Positions 15,101 to 22,849 of a stretch of DNA of 64,000 bases are shown here, piece by piece. Source of the stretch: an uncultured Bacteroidales bacterium (GTDB taxonomy: Bacteria; Bacteroidota; Bacteroidia; Bacteroidales; FEN-979); the NCBI GenBank assembly GCA_903929315.1, contig CAIYUC010000066.1:74986-138985 (forward strand). Reading direction: 5' to 3'. Positions within the stretch are counted from its first letter, which is position 1. Each line of letters starts with the position of its first letter. The position numbers and the translations under genes were made by a program. The notes beneath the pieces are model-generated. The model worked only from the letters and a program-made list of their open reading frames with translations. It was not told where the DNA came from and made no database searches.

Positions 15101-17351
15101 AGCAATCTATGAATTTTTCAAGAAAAGCATCTGTGCCTCCGCCAATGTTTACCTGATGACCATTTGGAGTGCTAATGTTGTCAATAGATGTAGTATAACC
15201 AGCAAGATAAATAGTATCCTCCAGTTCATAGTTAATTGAATTTGCATTGTCATACGATCCTCCTCCAAAGTAGCTTCCCCATATTCTTTGTCCGGTCGAG
15301 TCAAATTTTACAAAGTACGAATCATAATTGCCGGCCAAAGAAGGTTGGTATGAATTAAGAGTGGAAATCCCAGTGGGTGAATTTGTCGATCCACAAAAGA
15401 ATATTTTTCCATGAAGATCAGATGCAATGGCTGTCATATAATCCGATTGTGACCCGCCATAGTATGTGCCCCATATCCTTTGTCCTGAATTGCTGAATTT
15501 AGCAATAAACCCGTCATAGGGACCACCACCATAGGATTGCTGAAAACAGCCGGGACTGGCAATACCGGTGGTAGATTTCGTAGTCCCTGCAATGTAGATA
15601 TATCCATTTTGATCGCTTGAAATATCATCCCCTTCGTCCCACAATGATCCTCCGTAATAAGTTGCCCATAAACGCTGCCCTGAAGGGTTAAAAGCTGCTA
15701 CGAAAGCATCGCCTTGGCCACCTCCATAATTTTGCTGATATGCAGATGGACTTGCAATGCCTACGGTATCATTAGTTTGTCCTATTACATATAGGTTCCC
15801 TGCACTATCTGTAGTGCACCTTGTAAAGAGGGTAGCAAAATCCCCGACCCCATAATAATATGTTCCCCATTGTCGTACTCCATTACTGTCAAATTTGGCA
15901 ATAAATCCAGCAGCGCCGCAATCCGTACAATAATTTGACTCATATGTGCCGGGAGTTGCAATACCTGAATCTGCAGTTGTCTTGCCTGCTATAAAAGTAT
16001 TCCCGGATCTGTCTGCCGCTAACGCACCGGGAGACGCTCCCCATGTTCCACCTATTTCAGCATCACCATTTCCCCCGTAATATGTTGACCAAAGCAGTTC
16101 ACCATTTGTATTGAATTTCGCGAGAAAAGCATTCCACGGTGTACCTGTGTATATAGTCTGAAAAGCTCCGGGGGTTGCAATTCCTGAATCCGAGGTAGTA
16201 ATTCCATCGATATATATATTCCCGTTGAGATCTGCTACGCAAGCTTCAACCCTCTCACCCCCGAGAATATCACCACAAAAATAGGTTCCCCATTGCCTGA
16301 CGCCGTCAGAATTGAATTTTACCAGGAATCCTTTATCTCCAAGTCCGATTTTGGTAGATTGATATGCGCTGTCAGTTGCAATATTATCTGTTGATTGCGT
16401 AACACCGCATAAAAAAACGTTTCCCTTCTGATCAACCGTTGAGCTTGTCGCATAATCCGAATTAAGTCCGCCGTAATAAGTTCCCCAAAGCCTTATTGAT
16501 GTGGGATCAATAATCAAAACTGAATTTTCCGGAATAGTTCTATCAACTGAAAAGCCATAAACTTCACTATTCGTCTTTCGGAAGTGTGCTTTGATATCAA
16601 TTTTGGAATCATTCACTAAATAATAGCTTTCCGGGATCAATTCTTCAACATCACCAAATACAGTCCCGAATTTTAGGGTGCCCTGCATTAAAGAAATATA
16701 GTCGGGACCGGCGATCGTCAATCGTATATCATTGATATTGCCTCCCGGACGGATAACAAAATTGTATTTATATCCATGTTCTTCATTTGTAAAAAATTCA
16801 AGATCAATATCCGGGTAGATGTTTTTGTAAATGATTTTGCTGTATTGTCTTACATTTCTGATCCCTTCAGGATGGGCAGAAGCTGTGAAATAATTGAAGT
16901 ACTCTGTCAACGGGTTTGATGGGATTATTTGGCATTCGGGGTTGGTTCCTTCAAGAGTGATATCTATCCTGTGGAATTGATATTCCTTAAATAGTGAATC
17001 AGAATGATGTTTAGTATTCACAGAATTGTGATTTGTTGAAATTAAAGGATGTGGATTAGGTTTATATTCAACTGAATAAACATCATAGCTAAATCCATCC
17101 CTACGTAACTGTACATTAAACCCCGGTGTATTCAGCAAATACAAAACCCCCGGATTGGGATTGTTCTTCTGATCAATGATCTGGCCTTTGTTTTCGATGA
17201 AGGCTGAGGTAGACTTTAAAAAGCCTTTGGTTTTAGTGCCTTCTGAGAAGGCCTGTTGGGAGAATAGAAACCAATAAAAAATAGTACAAGTCAAAATGTA
17301 AAATGCAAATTGCAAAGTGCAAAATGATTTTACGATTTTACACTTTACCAT
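12165..17351 (-). CDS. Very large secreted surface protein/adhesin: signal peptide, SBBP-type beta-propeller repeats, six Ig-like repeats, C-terminal FISUMP domain
   Basis: Reiterated WGTYYGG...D...GIATPGA.Q units; six approximately 88-aa repeats (NP.C.G..VTF.ATP.NGG..P.YQWKVNG). The C-terminus DVRDNKVYPTVQIGSQCWMAANL...CPPGWHVPTEADW...FWSST...FSVRCLKD matches the Fibrobacter succinogenes major paralogous domain. The start is ATG 17351 (MVKCKIVK...) or ATG 17402. Confidence 0.85.
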   Translation of the reverse strand: MVKCKIVKSFCTLQFAFYILTCTIFYWFLFSQQAFSEGTKTKGFLKSTSAFIENKGQIIDQKNNPNPGVLYLLNTPGFNVQLRRDGFSYDVYSVEYKPNPHPLISTNHNSVNTKHHSDSLFKEYQFHRIDITLEGTNPECQIIPSNPLTEYFNYFTASAHPEGIRNVRQYSKIIYKNIYPDIDLEFFTNEEHGYKYNFVIRPGGNINDIRLTIAGPDYISLMQGTLKFGTVFGDVEELIPESYYLVNDSKIDIKAHFRKTNSEVYGFSVDRTIPENSVLIIDPTSIRLWGTYYGGLNSDYATSSTVDQKGNVFLCGVTQSTDNIATDSAYQSTKIGLGDKGFLVKFNSDGVRQWGTYFCGDILGGERVEACVADLNGNIYIDGITTSDSGIATPGAFQTIYTGTPWNAFLAKFNTNGELLWSTYYGGNGDAEIGGTWGASPGALAADRSGNTFIAGKTTADSGIATPGTYESNYCTDCGAAGFIAKFDSNGVRQWGTYYYGVGDFATLFTRCTTDSAGNLYVIGQTNDTVGIASPSAYQQNYGGGQGDAFVAAFNPSGQRLWATYYGGSLWDEGDDISSDQNGYIYIAGTTKSTTGIASPGCFQQSYGGGPYDGFIAKFSNSGQRIWGTYYGGSQSDYMTAIASDLHGKIFFCGSTNSPTGISTLNSYQPSLAGNYDSYFVKFDSTGQRIWGSYFGGGSYDNANSINYELEDTIYLAGYTTSIDNISTPNGHQVNIGGGTDAFLEKFIDCWPIDTAGPITGPVNVCKPSNGISYSIPSLTHAVNYIWTLPAGFTLTSGVGTPSIIVDISNSAISGTIGVQALNKCDSGATAYLYVTVNQAPVPVISGPNNTCAGPGKVYSTASGKSNYQWSVSAGGVITSGGSTTDNTVTVTWNAAGTQHVYVNFTDANGCSADSPTDYNVTVTPSPAVNITITATSNNVCEGTQVTFNSTASNGGGNPFYQWQVNGINIGASSPSFSYTPLNNDLVRCILTSSITGCIMNNPDTSNVITMIVNPILAVSLSISASSNPFCQDSTVTFTAIPMNEGTTPLYQWKVNGGNVGLSSPVYSFVPNNGDVVSCVLNSSIPCPIGNPATSNAITMVENTNVVVSVTISPSANPVCSGTSVTFQATPVNGGTTPVYQWKVNGIIVGTNNPIYSYTPVNGDVINCILTSNALCASGNPATSNVVTMIVNPLNPVTVTISSSANPVCSGTIVIYTALPINGGTLPVYQWKVNGLIVGTNNPIYSYPPVNGDIVNCVLTSNILCPTGNPATSNTITMTVNPNLPVSVVISASANPFCQGSSVTFTATPTNGGTLPSYQWKVNGINVGPNNPVYSYSPNNGDVVSCVMTSNIACPVGNPATSNSITMVVNANLPAGITISASTNPFCPGNSVTFTATPVNGGANPAYQWKVNGINKGTNSPTYTYNPASGDLVSCILTSNLACVTGNPATSNTIIMSGTLVSVVTFTACFDTITTNSAQPLKLKGGIPLGGTYSGPGVNSLTGIFTPSTAGIGLKILSYTYTNAALCSASATHAISIVAAPVFACGNNITDVRDNKVYPTVQIGSQCWMAANLDYGTLIPGNTSQRDNCIWEKYCYNDAVANCGQQTYYQWDEVMQYDETVSTQGMCPPGWHVPTEADWNTLFANYISNGFAGSPLKYSGFSGFNAILSGARYLNKNWDYQGFATFFWSSTAHGTLKAWAHGMNDPNPSVSVYPAFKTDAFSVRCLKD
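12985..14580 (-). repeat. Intragenic tandem array of six approximately 265-bp Ig-like domain repeats
   Basis: The repeat consensus is visible in the translation. The boundaries are approximate. Confidence 0.8.
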
Positions 17352-17360
17352 TTTACACTT
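17283..17360. repeat. Word-type palindrome (TGTAAAATG/TGCAAA words) overlapping the adhesin start region
   Basis: tgtaaaatgcaaattgcaaagtgcaaaatga faces ttttacgattttacactttaccattttaca. Confidence 0.6.
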
Positions 17361-17364
17361 GGTC

Positions 17365-17373
17365 GGGGGGGGG
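17365..17373 (-). repeat. Homopolymeric C9 tract (G9 on the + strand) between the two candidate adhesin start codons
   Basis: Direct read tcgggggggggat. The tract is 13 nt upstream of ATG 17351 and in frame downstream of ATG 17402. Confidence 0.9.
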
Positions 17374-17445
17374 ATATTTTGTGTAATTGTACAAGCACAC
17401 ATCCGGAAAGAAGAGTTTCTGATTATTAGATTTTCACCCTAACAA

Positions 17446-17453
17446 CAAAGATA
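17446..17453 (-). promoter_or_regulatory. Candidate Bacteroidota sigma-A -7 box (TATCTTTG) for the adhesin gene
   Basis: The reverse complement of caaagata matches TAnnTTTG. It lies 44 nt upstream of ATG 17402. Confidence 0.35.
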
Positions 17454-17525
17454 AGAAATATATAATGAAATCAGGCGAAGTAATTCAATAATTTTTTTAT
17501 TAATACAATTATCGGATTTATTAAA

Positions 17526-17549
17526 GGAATGCAGGAATGCAGGAATGCA
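17526..17549. repeat. Tandem octamer GGAATGCA x3, followed by degenerate words
   Basis: The direct read is ggaatgcaggaatgcaggaatgcagtaattcagaattacc. Confidence 0.8.
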
Positions 17550-17627
17550 GTAATTCAGAATTACCAAAACAAGTTCCTTGTAACTTATAATTCAAATTTC
17601 AACCTCATCTTTCATAATAAAAAAGCA

Positions 17628-17715
17628 TAACCACAATGAACACTATGAAATGACAAGGGACACAAAGATATCTTCCTTGTGTCCTTTGTGTAAAGCATAG
17701 TGTCATTGTGGTTAT
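17628..17715. repeat. Approximately 88-bp hairpin built from the ACCACAATGAACACTA / CACAAAG words
   Basis: ataaccacaatgaacactatgaaatgacaagggacacaaag faces ctttgtgtaaagcatagtgtcattgtggttat. Confidence 0.7.
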
Positions 17716-17781
17716 TGTCTTTAGAAAAAGTTGATCCCACATAGATCACAAGCACTCATTGACAGTGCATAATGGAATATT

Positions 17782-18042
17782 TTATTTGAAAATCAAGGAG
17801 AAAGATGATGGCTGGGAAAGCGCATCCAGCTCGATGTCTATATCAATTTCTTTCCAATGTAATTGCGAAGGAGGATGAAATCTGATATTTAAAATTTGAT
17901 TCACGGAAGAATCTTTAAACCCGGGATAATCTGAAAATGGGATAAAATATTCTTTATCAATCACCAGGACCCATAATCCAAGGTCATTAATCCCGGTAAC
18001 ATTACATGCTGAAGTGCTGATTCCACCTCTCGATGAATCCAT
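17782..18042 (-). CDS. DUF2442-family small protein
   Basis: The C-terminal LHWKEIDIDIELDAL motif is typical of DUF2442. It is paired with a DUF4160 gene. I chose the ATG at 18042, and this start is uncertain. Confidence 0.6.
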   Translation of the reverse strand: MDSSRGGISTSACNVTGINDLGLWVLVIDKEYFIPFSDYPGFKDSSVNQILNIRFHPPSQLHWKEIDIDIELDALSQPSSFSLIFK

Positions 18043-18241
18043 CTTTATTTTCCTCCACAATTTTAATTATTTCAGTCAATTCACCAGACGACATGTTATA
18101 CACCTCAGCCAGAACAATTGCGGGTTCAAGCCAAATTTTTGCCGTACCATCTGAAGTCATTATGTGAACATGCCTGCGTGTCTCTTCCCGACTATTGAAG
18201 AAGAACCGGAATTTACCAACGAGTAATATTGTCGGTGACAT
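18002..18241 (-). CDS. DUF4160-family small protein
   Basis: MSPTILLVGKFRFFFNSREETRRHVHI...AKIWLEP... matches the DUF4160 pattern (F.F.S.E...PH.H). I chose the internal Met at 18241 rather than the ORF start at 18322. Confidence 0.65.
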   Translation of the reverse strand: MSPTILLVGKFRFFFNSREETRRHVHIMTSDGTAKIWLEPAIVLAEVYNMSSGELTEIIKIVEENKDGFIERWNQHFSM

Positions 18242-18388
18242 GCTTGCTCCTTTAGGACAAAGGTAATCAATATTTAAATTCAATAATGCCGTATTAAAAC
18301 AGGCAAGATCCCGAAATCTCATAATTCATGTTTCACTCTCATATCTTATAATTGAATATTTTTATAAATTTGAATCGACAATAATATT

Positions 18389-18808
18389 ATGGCCCTGAGC
18401 ATCTTTGAAGATAATTCTTCAGTCCCCGGCAATGACGATCTTTCCCGTGCATTGGGTGATAAATATGAACTTTGGAACGAAATAAAGGAGTTCGTTCAAA
18501 AACAATATTCCGATGTTTCCGAAGAATGGAATCATTCCGGGAAGAATTCTGGCTGGGGATTTCGTCTGAGATATAAAAAACGTGTTATCGTTTACCTGAT
18601 CCCCTGTTCAGGATTTTTTAAAGTTGGACTGGTTTATGGTGAAAAAGCTACTAAAGAAGCATTGAACAGTACAATTTCCGAAGAAATAAAATCGATCATT
18701 AAGAATGCAAAAGTATATGGAGAAGGAAGAGGATTCCGGATCGATGTTACTAATAAAGACATTCTGGAAGATATTAAAAAATTGAGCATCATCAAGCTGA
18801 ACAATTGA
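18389..18808 (+). CDS. Hypothetical protein, DUF3788-like by recollection
   Basis: 139 aa. SGWGFRLRYKKRVIVYLIPCSGFFKVGLVYGEKA resembles the DUF3788 core. Confidence 0.45.
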   Translation: MALSIFEDNSSVPGNDDLSRALGDKYELWNEIKEFVQKQYSDVSEEWNHSGKNSGWGFRLRYKKRVIVYLIPCSGFFKVGLVYGEKATKEALNSTISEEIKSIIKNAKVYGEGRGFRIDVTNKDILEDIKKLSIIKLNN

Positions 18809-18821
18809 CATGTTTAGTGTA

Positions 18822-18981
18822 GGGGCTGTCTAAAAAGTCTTTGTGATCTTTGTGCAAGACATTGTGCCCATTGTGGTTAATAAAACACTGAACCACAATG
18901 AACACTAAGAAGGCACAAAGTACACTATGAAGGGAAAATTATTATTCTCATTACTTTTAAGTCAACCCCCAGGGGGTGAGG
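18822..18981. repeat. About 160-bp palindromic 'word' element (copy E3), colinear with E1
   Basis: ggggctgtctaaaaagtctttgtgatctttgtgcaagacattgtgcccattgtggtt ... aaccacaatgaacactaagaaggcacaaag ... gtcaacccccagggggtgagg. It fills the whole gap between two convergent stop codons. Confidence 0.75.
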
Positions 18982-21648
18982 CTAAATCGAATCTTTCCCC
19001 GGAATCGGCAAATTCTCCTGGACACATAACGAGGTAAGTTTTTCCATTGACCATGGCGCTGCATAATTATAGAAATTACCGTAAGGTTTCTGGAGAATCG
19101 TAACCAGTTGCCAGATATCAGGATCATGTTCGGGCAGGATCTGTTTTTCGATCTTTTTCCAGCTCTTTATATACATTTTCAGGGTCATAAAAGTGGAAGG
19201 ATCCATATAGTACAATGGAATCTTTTCCAGTTCCTCAGTAAGAATTTTATTTTTGGTCCTTGTGAGATGGCGTTCTCCGAATTCAGTGAGGATCTGCATA
19301 TATTTTTCAAAGAGAATATATTCATTTAGCAGAAAGACGATCTCGACCGGTTCAAATTCTTTCCAGAAAGAGACCGGATGTGGCTGGCCCAGGAATCTTC
19401 CCAACATGAATGAACCTGCATTGAACCCCTTTTTACCTGTTTTAAGACAAATTCTGATCATGTTCTTGAAGAACCTGACTTTCCGGTCGGTGGTCAGGAA
19501 ATTATAGATCTTATGCTGGTCCATATGGGATCCGAGTCCGCTTTTCAGGATCTCATTGAAATAATAATCTGTGTGCAAGTCAAACCAGGCATTCACATAA
19601 TCCATTGCCTTTTTAGGCTGGTTATCATAATCGTTCCGGATTAATTTGATAAGATCGGGCAGGGTTATTGTCTCTTCAGTCGGGATATCGTTGACAATTA
19701 CCTGGTATTCCTTATAAGCACGGGCCATATTGATAAAAACCCGTTCTTCTTTGGGTTCCATTTCAAGCTTATGACCTTCCAGGTATTTCAGGAACCGCGC
19801 AGGTTGAAACTGGGCTTTCCCAAGATAAATCGATTGCCGTCTGCTGGAAACGGTGATCCAGTCACCTTCCTGTATGATCATATTATATTCATTTACCAGG
19901 GTATTTCCCTTGAGCTGCATGTGCTGGTTTTTAAGATCAATGAAAGCCGGGATCCCATACCCGAGACATGCTGTCACAACATGAATCGCCAATGGATTCA
20001 TGCTCATAATCACATCCAGCTCTGCCATAAAGATCGTTTCCGAAGGAATGAAGTTCTCCTTGCAAAGACAAACTTTCTCACCTCTTTTCTTCGCTTCCAG
20101 CGCTTTAGCCATGGAAAAATAGATCTTTGTCGAAACAGCGGACCTGGGAAGGACAGATATTCCGGAACCAAAATATGGAAGCACTCTCAAAGATTCATCA
20201 TCAATTCGTTCAGAAAAGATCTGTCGCAAATGATAAGGTCGTATCAGTTGTATTACCCGGTATTTTGAAATGATCTTTTTCTGGTAAAGATCGATAGCCG
20301 AAAGCAGCGTGGCCCTTCCTGTCAATTCCGAAGGATTGAGCTGGAGTATTGCAAAAAAAGAGGTGCCTTGCCATGATTCAACAGCAAATTCTATCGTAGC
20401 AGGGGATTTCAGCATATCTTCAAAGATCGGAAGAACGGGAGTGAAATGATAAACAGCGGGGAATTCTTCTTTTATCTCTGTCCGGTCAAAATATTCCTTT
20501 TGTTCGGCATGTACGGTTCCTGTCATGATATCTTCTCCGAAAATTTCCCTGACACTTTCGATTTGCATACCCAGACCGGTGCGGGGATGCCTGCTGTATA
20601 AAACGCCCGGATAAGAATTTTTATCCCTGACGGTCCAAACCATCTTTTGCAGGATAAGTGAAGGATACATCGGTTGTCCACGCTGGAAAGTATAGATCAG
20701 ATCCTGGTTCTGAATAAAAAAATCATGCGCTTTTTTCATGAACTTGCTGGCCTGGTATTGCGTATCCCAAAGGATCCGTTGATCAACCTCATCAATTTTC
20801 CTGTATAAATAATAGATTTTTGCTTCAATTTCCGGTTCGCCCTTGAAATCAATTCTTCTCCCGCGTCCTAATTTCTTCTCGGAAAAGAGGATATTGTTGA
20901 TCGTTTTCAGATTATTGAGATAAATCTTATCAGCAACGTCTCTTCCATAATCTCTTAACAGCGATTTATAAACATTTTTTGTGACGCCGACATTCAGGTA
21001 AGTAGGCATCAACCCAGGGATATATTGTGGTGTAGCGCACCGCATGGCGAAAATGAGAGGATTTATTTCCGACCCCAGTTTGGACCCGGTCATCTTTTCA
21101 AGATTTGATATGGCGGCTGTGATATTTTCCTCGCGTTCTTCTTCAGGGAGGTGATAGGAATGAGAAGTCATTACGCAGAAATCAGGAACGGGATAGCCTT
21201 TCTGGTAAAGATCAAGCAGCATTTTCCCTTTCTGGCTTAACAGGACATCATCATATTTAACCTGTGTGGTACAAGGAATAATATTATTATTCTCGGTAAA
21301 TTCGATACCGGAAATTAATTTTGCCATTTCCTTCCGGTATGCATCCTTCAACTTAGAAATTCGTGCGGTTGCTTTTTGGTCACCCCGCGATGCCAGGATA
21401 AGGAGTTTAAGGTACTGGATCGATTTTTTTGTTGAATCCCGCGTCAGCATCCTGACATCAGCGTATGTTATGGGAATTGGTATGAAAGGGCCGTTATCAC
21501 TTGTACAATATTCAAGTTCAGGGGAAAGATTATGGGCTAATGAGCCAATGGCGGATTCGTTTAATGTTCCGGAAATAAACCTTCGGATGCTCTCGAAATT
21601 CGCATAATCTGCCCTGAGCCGGAAATCAAAAATTTCAGGATGACTCAT
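18982..21648 (-). CDS. PPDK-like protein: unknown N-terminal region + divergent PPDK nucleotide-binding (ATP-grasp) domain + swivel phospho-His-like domain + unassigned approximately 270-aa C-terminal domain. There is no PEP/pyruvate TIM barrel.
   Basis: GKMLLDLYQKGYPVPDFCVMTS, NPLIFAMRCATPQYIPGLMPTYLNVGV, FGEDIMTGTVH and AILQLNPSELTGRATLLSAIDLYQKKII align with PPDK motifs (GGKGANLAEM..GLPVPPGF, NPLLVSVRSGA..SMPGMMDT.LNLG, GEDVVAG, LQTR.GKRT). GEKVCLCKENFIPSETIFMAELDVIMSMNPLAIHVVTACLGYGIPAF aligns with G..VIL.R.ETSPED...M..A.GILT..GG.TSHAAVVARG.GKP, and the His is kept at residue 556. Confidence 0.75.
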   Translation of the reverse strand: MSHPEIFDFRLRADYANFESIRRFISGTLNESAIGSLAHNLSPELEYCTSDNGPFIPIPITYADVRMLTRDSTKKSIQYLKLLILASRGDQKATARISKLKDAYRKEMAKLISGIEFTENNNIIPCTTQVKYDDVLLSQKGKMLLDLYQKGYPVPDFCVMTSHSYHLPEEEREENITAAISNLEKMTGSKLGSEINPLIFAMRCATPQYIPGLMPTYLNVGVTKNVYKSLLRDYGRDVADKIYLNNLKTINNILFSEKKLGRGRRIDFKGEPEIEAKIYYLYRKIDEVDQRILWDTQYQASKFMKKAHDFFIQNQDLIYTFQRGQPMYPSLILQKMVWTVRDKNSYPGVLYSRHPRTGLGMQIESVREIFGEDIMTGTVHAEQKEYFDRTEIKEEFPAVYHFTPVLPIFEDMLKSPATIEFAVESWQGTSFFAILQLNPSELTGRATLLSAIDLYQKKIISKYRVIQLIRPYHLRQIFSERIDDESLRVLPYFGSGISVLPRSAVSTKIYFSMAKALEAKKRGEKVCLCKENFIPSETIFMAELDVIMSMNPLAIHVVTACLGYGIPAFIDLKNQHMQLKGNTLVNEYNMIIQEGDWITVSSRRQSIYLGKAQFQPARFLKYLEGHKLEMEPKEERVFINMARAYKEYQVIVNDIPTEETITLPDLIKLIRNDYDNQPKKAMDYVNAWFDLHTDYYFNEILKSGLGSHMDQHKIYNFLTTDRKVRFFKNMIRICLKTGKKGFNAGSFMLGRFLGQPHPVSFWKEFEPVEIVFLLNEYILFEKYMQILTEFGERHLTRTKNKILTEELEKIPLYYMDPSTFMTLKMYIKSWKKIEKQILPEHDPDIWQLVTILQKPYGNFYNYAAPWSMEKLTSLCVQENLPIPGKDSI

Positions 21649-21897
21649 GAAACCTCAATTTGAATGATAAAACAAAGTTAAGGTAATTCATGAAAGTTCA
21701 AATTGGTCATTTCTTTTTTGAGGTGCCAGGTTGTAAAGACTTAATATGGCGCGCGTGTATGGCGCGCGTGTATGGCGCGCGTCTCCGACGCGTGCCTGAT
21801 CACAATTGGCGCGCGTCTCTGACGCGTGCCCATGACGCATGCCACACCGCAATATGGCGCGCGTCTCTGACGCGTGCCTAACCCATGAGCAATAGAC

Positions 21898-22464
21898 TTA
21901 ATATGAATTCAGCTCAGGCGTTTCAAGTATCACAGGCAAAATATTGCTTAACCCAGCATAGTTCCTTGCAGAACTTAAAAAATAATCTTCAGGATTTTCA
22001 ACAATCATTTCTTTTACCGGATTCTGGTGAATATATTTAAGCTTTTGATAGAAAATTTTTGGACAGGAAATTAGTTCAGGATGATTTCCGTCCTGCCAAA
22101 ATTTATATTTTTCTACTCTCCTTAAGGATTTACCTTTATCTGCAAATCTTAAAAGTATCCAATCTTTGCGACTTTCAGGATTATCCAGGATCTCCTGAAG
22201 AATAACCCGGGCAGTAAATTTTTTAAAATCGCGTAATATTTCCGGTAAAGTAATAGTATTCCCTGCCCTTCCAATCATATGAAGATGGTTACTCATAAGG
22301 CACCATGCATATATTTCTAATCCTTTATGCATTTGGCAATACTTTAATGATTCGACGATTTTTATTTTGTAAACTTTCCTGGTGAAAATATCTATCCAAT
22401 CAACAATTGTTAATGTCACAAAATAGGCTTTATCATTTTCCCTGATTTTGTATTTTTCAGACAT
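21898..22464 (-). CDS. REP-associated tyrosine transposase (RAYT; IS200/IS605-family Y1 transposase-like)
   Basis: MSEKYKIRENDKAYFVTLTIVDWIDIFTR...AWCLMSNHLHMI carries the HUH motif (HLH), and YIHQNPVK carries the catalytic Tyr. The track ORF start at 22572 lies inside a REP copy, so I chose the ATG at 22464. Confidence 0.85.
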   Translation of the reverse strand: MSEKYKIRENDKAYFVTLTIVDWIDIFTRKVYKIKIVESLKYCQMHKGLEIYAWCLMSNHLHMIGRAGNTITLPEILRDFKKFTARVILQEILDNPESRKDWILLRFADKGKSLRRVEKYKFWQDGNHPELISCPKIFYQKLKYIHQNPVKEMIVENPEDYFLSSARNYAGLSNILPVILETPELNSY

Positions 22465-22594
22465 GGTTTGAAATCTTGATTTTACATTAATCAGGAATTT
22501 TTGAAAAGGTGATACTGTTTTCGGGAAAATATTTTTGTTTAAAGCCAGGCACGCGTCGGAGACGCGCGCCATACACTCATGCTATGCAGAGATT

Positions 22595-22645
22595 TTCTTT
22601 GTGACCATTGTGCAATCATTGTGACCATTGTGGTTAAATAAAAAG
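22595..22645. repeat. Half copy (one arm only) of the CTTTGTG/CATTGTG word element
   Basis: The read is ttctttgtgaccattgtgcaatcattgtgaccattgtggttaaataaaaag, with no matching right arm. Confidence 0.6.
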
Positions 22646-22682
22646 TAATTTTATCCTTCTGAAATTCCCAAACTTAAAGCCA

Positions 22683-22849
22683 GGCACGCGTCGGAGACGC
22701 GCGCCAAAGTGGGTTTATTTGGTTAAACCGTGCACGCGTCGGAGACGCGCGCCAAAGTGGGTTTATTTGGTTAAACCGTGCACGCGTCGGAGACGCGCGC
22801 CAAAGTGGGTTTATTTGGTAAACCGTGCACGCGTCGGAGACGCGCGCCA
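22683..22849. repeat. REP tandem array: 48-bp unit (23-bp REP + 25-bp invariant spacer) x3.5
   Basis: gcacgcgtcggagacgcgcgcc recurs at 22684, 22732, 22780 and 22827. The spacers aaagtgggtttatttggttaaaccgt are identical except for a single T deletion in the last. Confidence 0.9.

Noticed and set aside
17352-17402. ATG 17402 as the adhesin start (MCACTITQNIPPPTKCK...).
   Set aside because: I did not exclude it, but I disfavour it. The first 17 residues are atypical for a signal-peptide n-region, and MVKCKIVK... from ATG 17351 gives a conventional signal peptide. I kept the question as a finding because the C9 tract lies between the two.
22683-22849. Possible CRISPR array: a 23-bp GC-rich palindromic repeat with 25-bp spacers. 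The same question applies to 11978-12170 and 24263-24490.
   Set aside because: The spacers are identical between units, so these are simple tandem duplications. The repeat is the dispersed REP motif, no cas genes are present, and the units carry two different hairpins.
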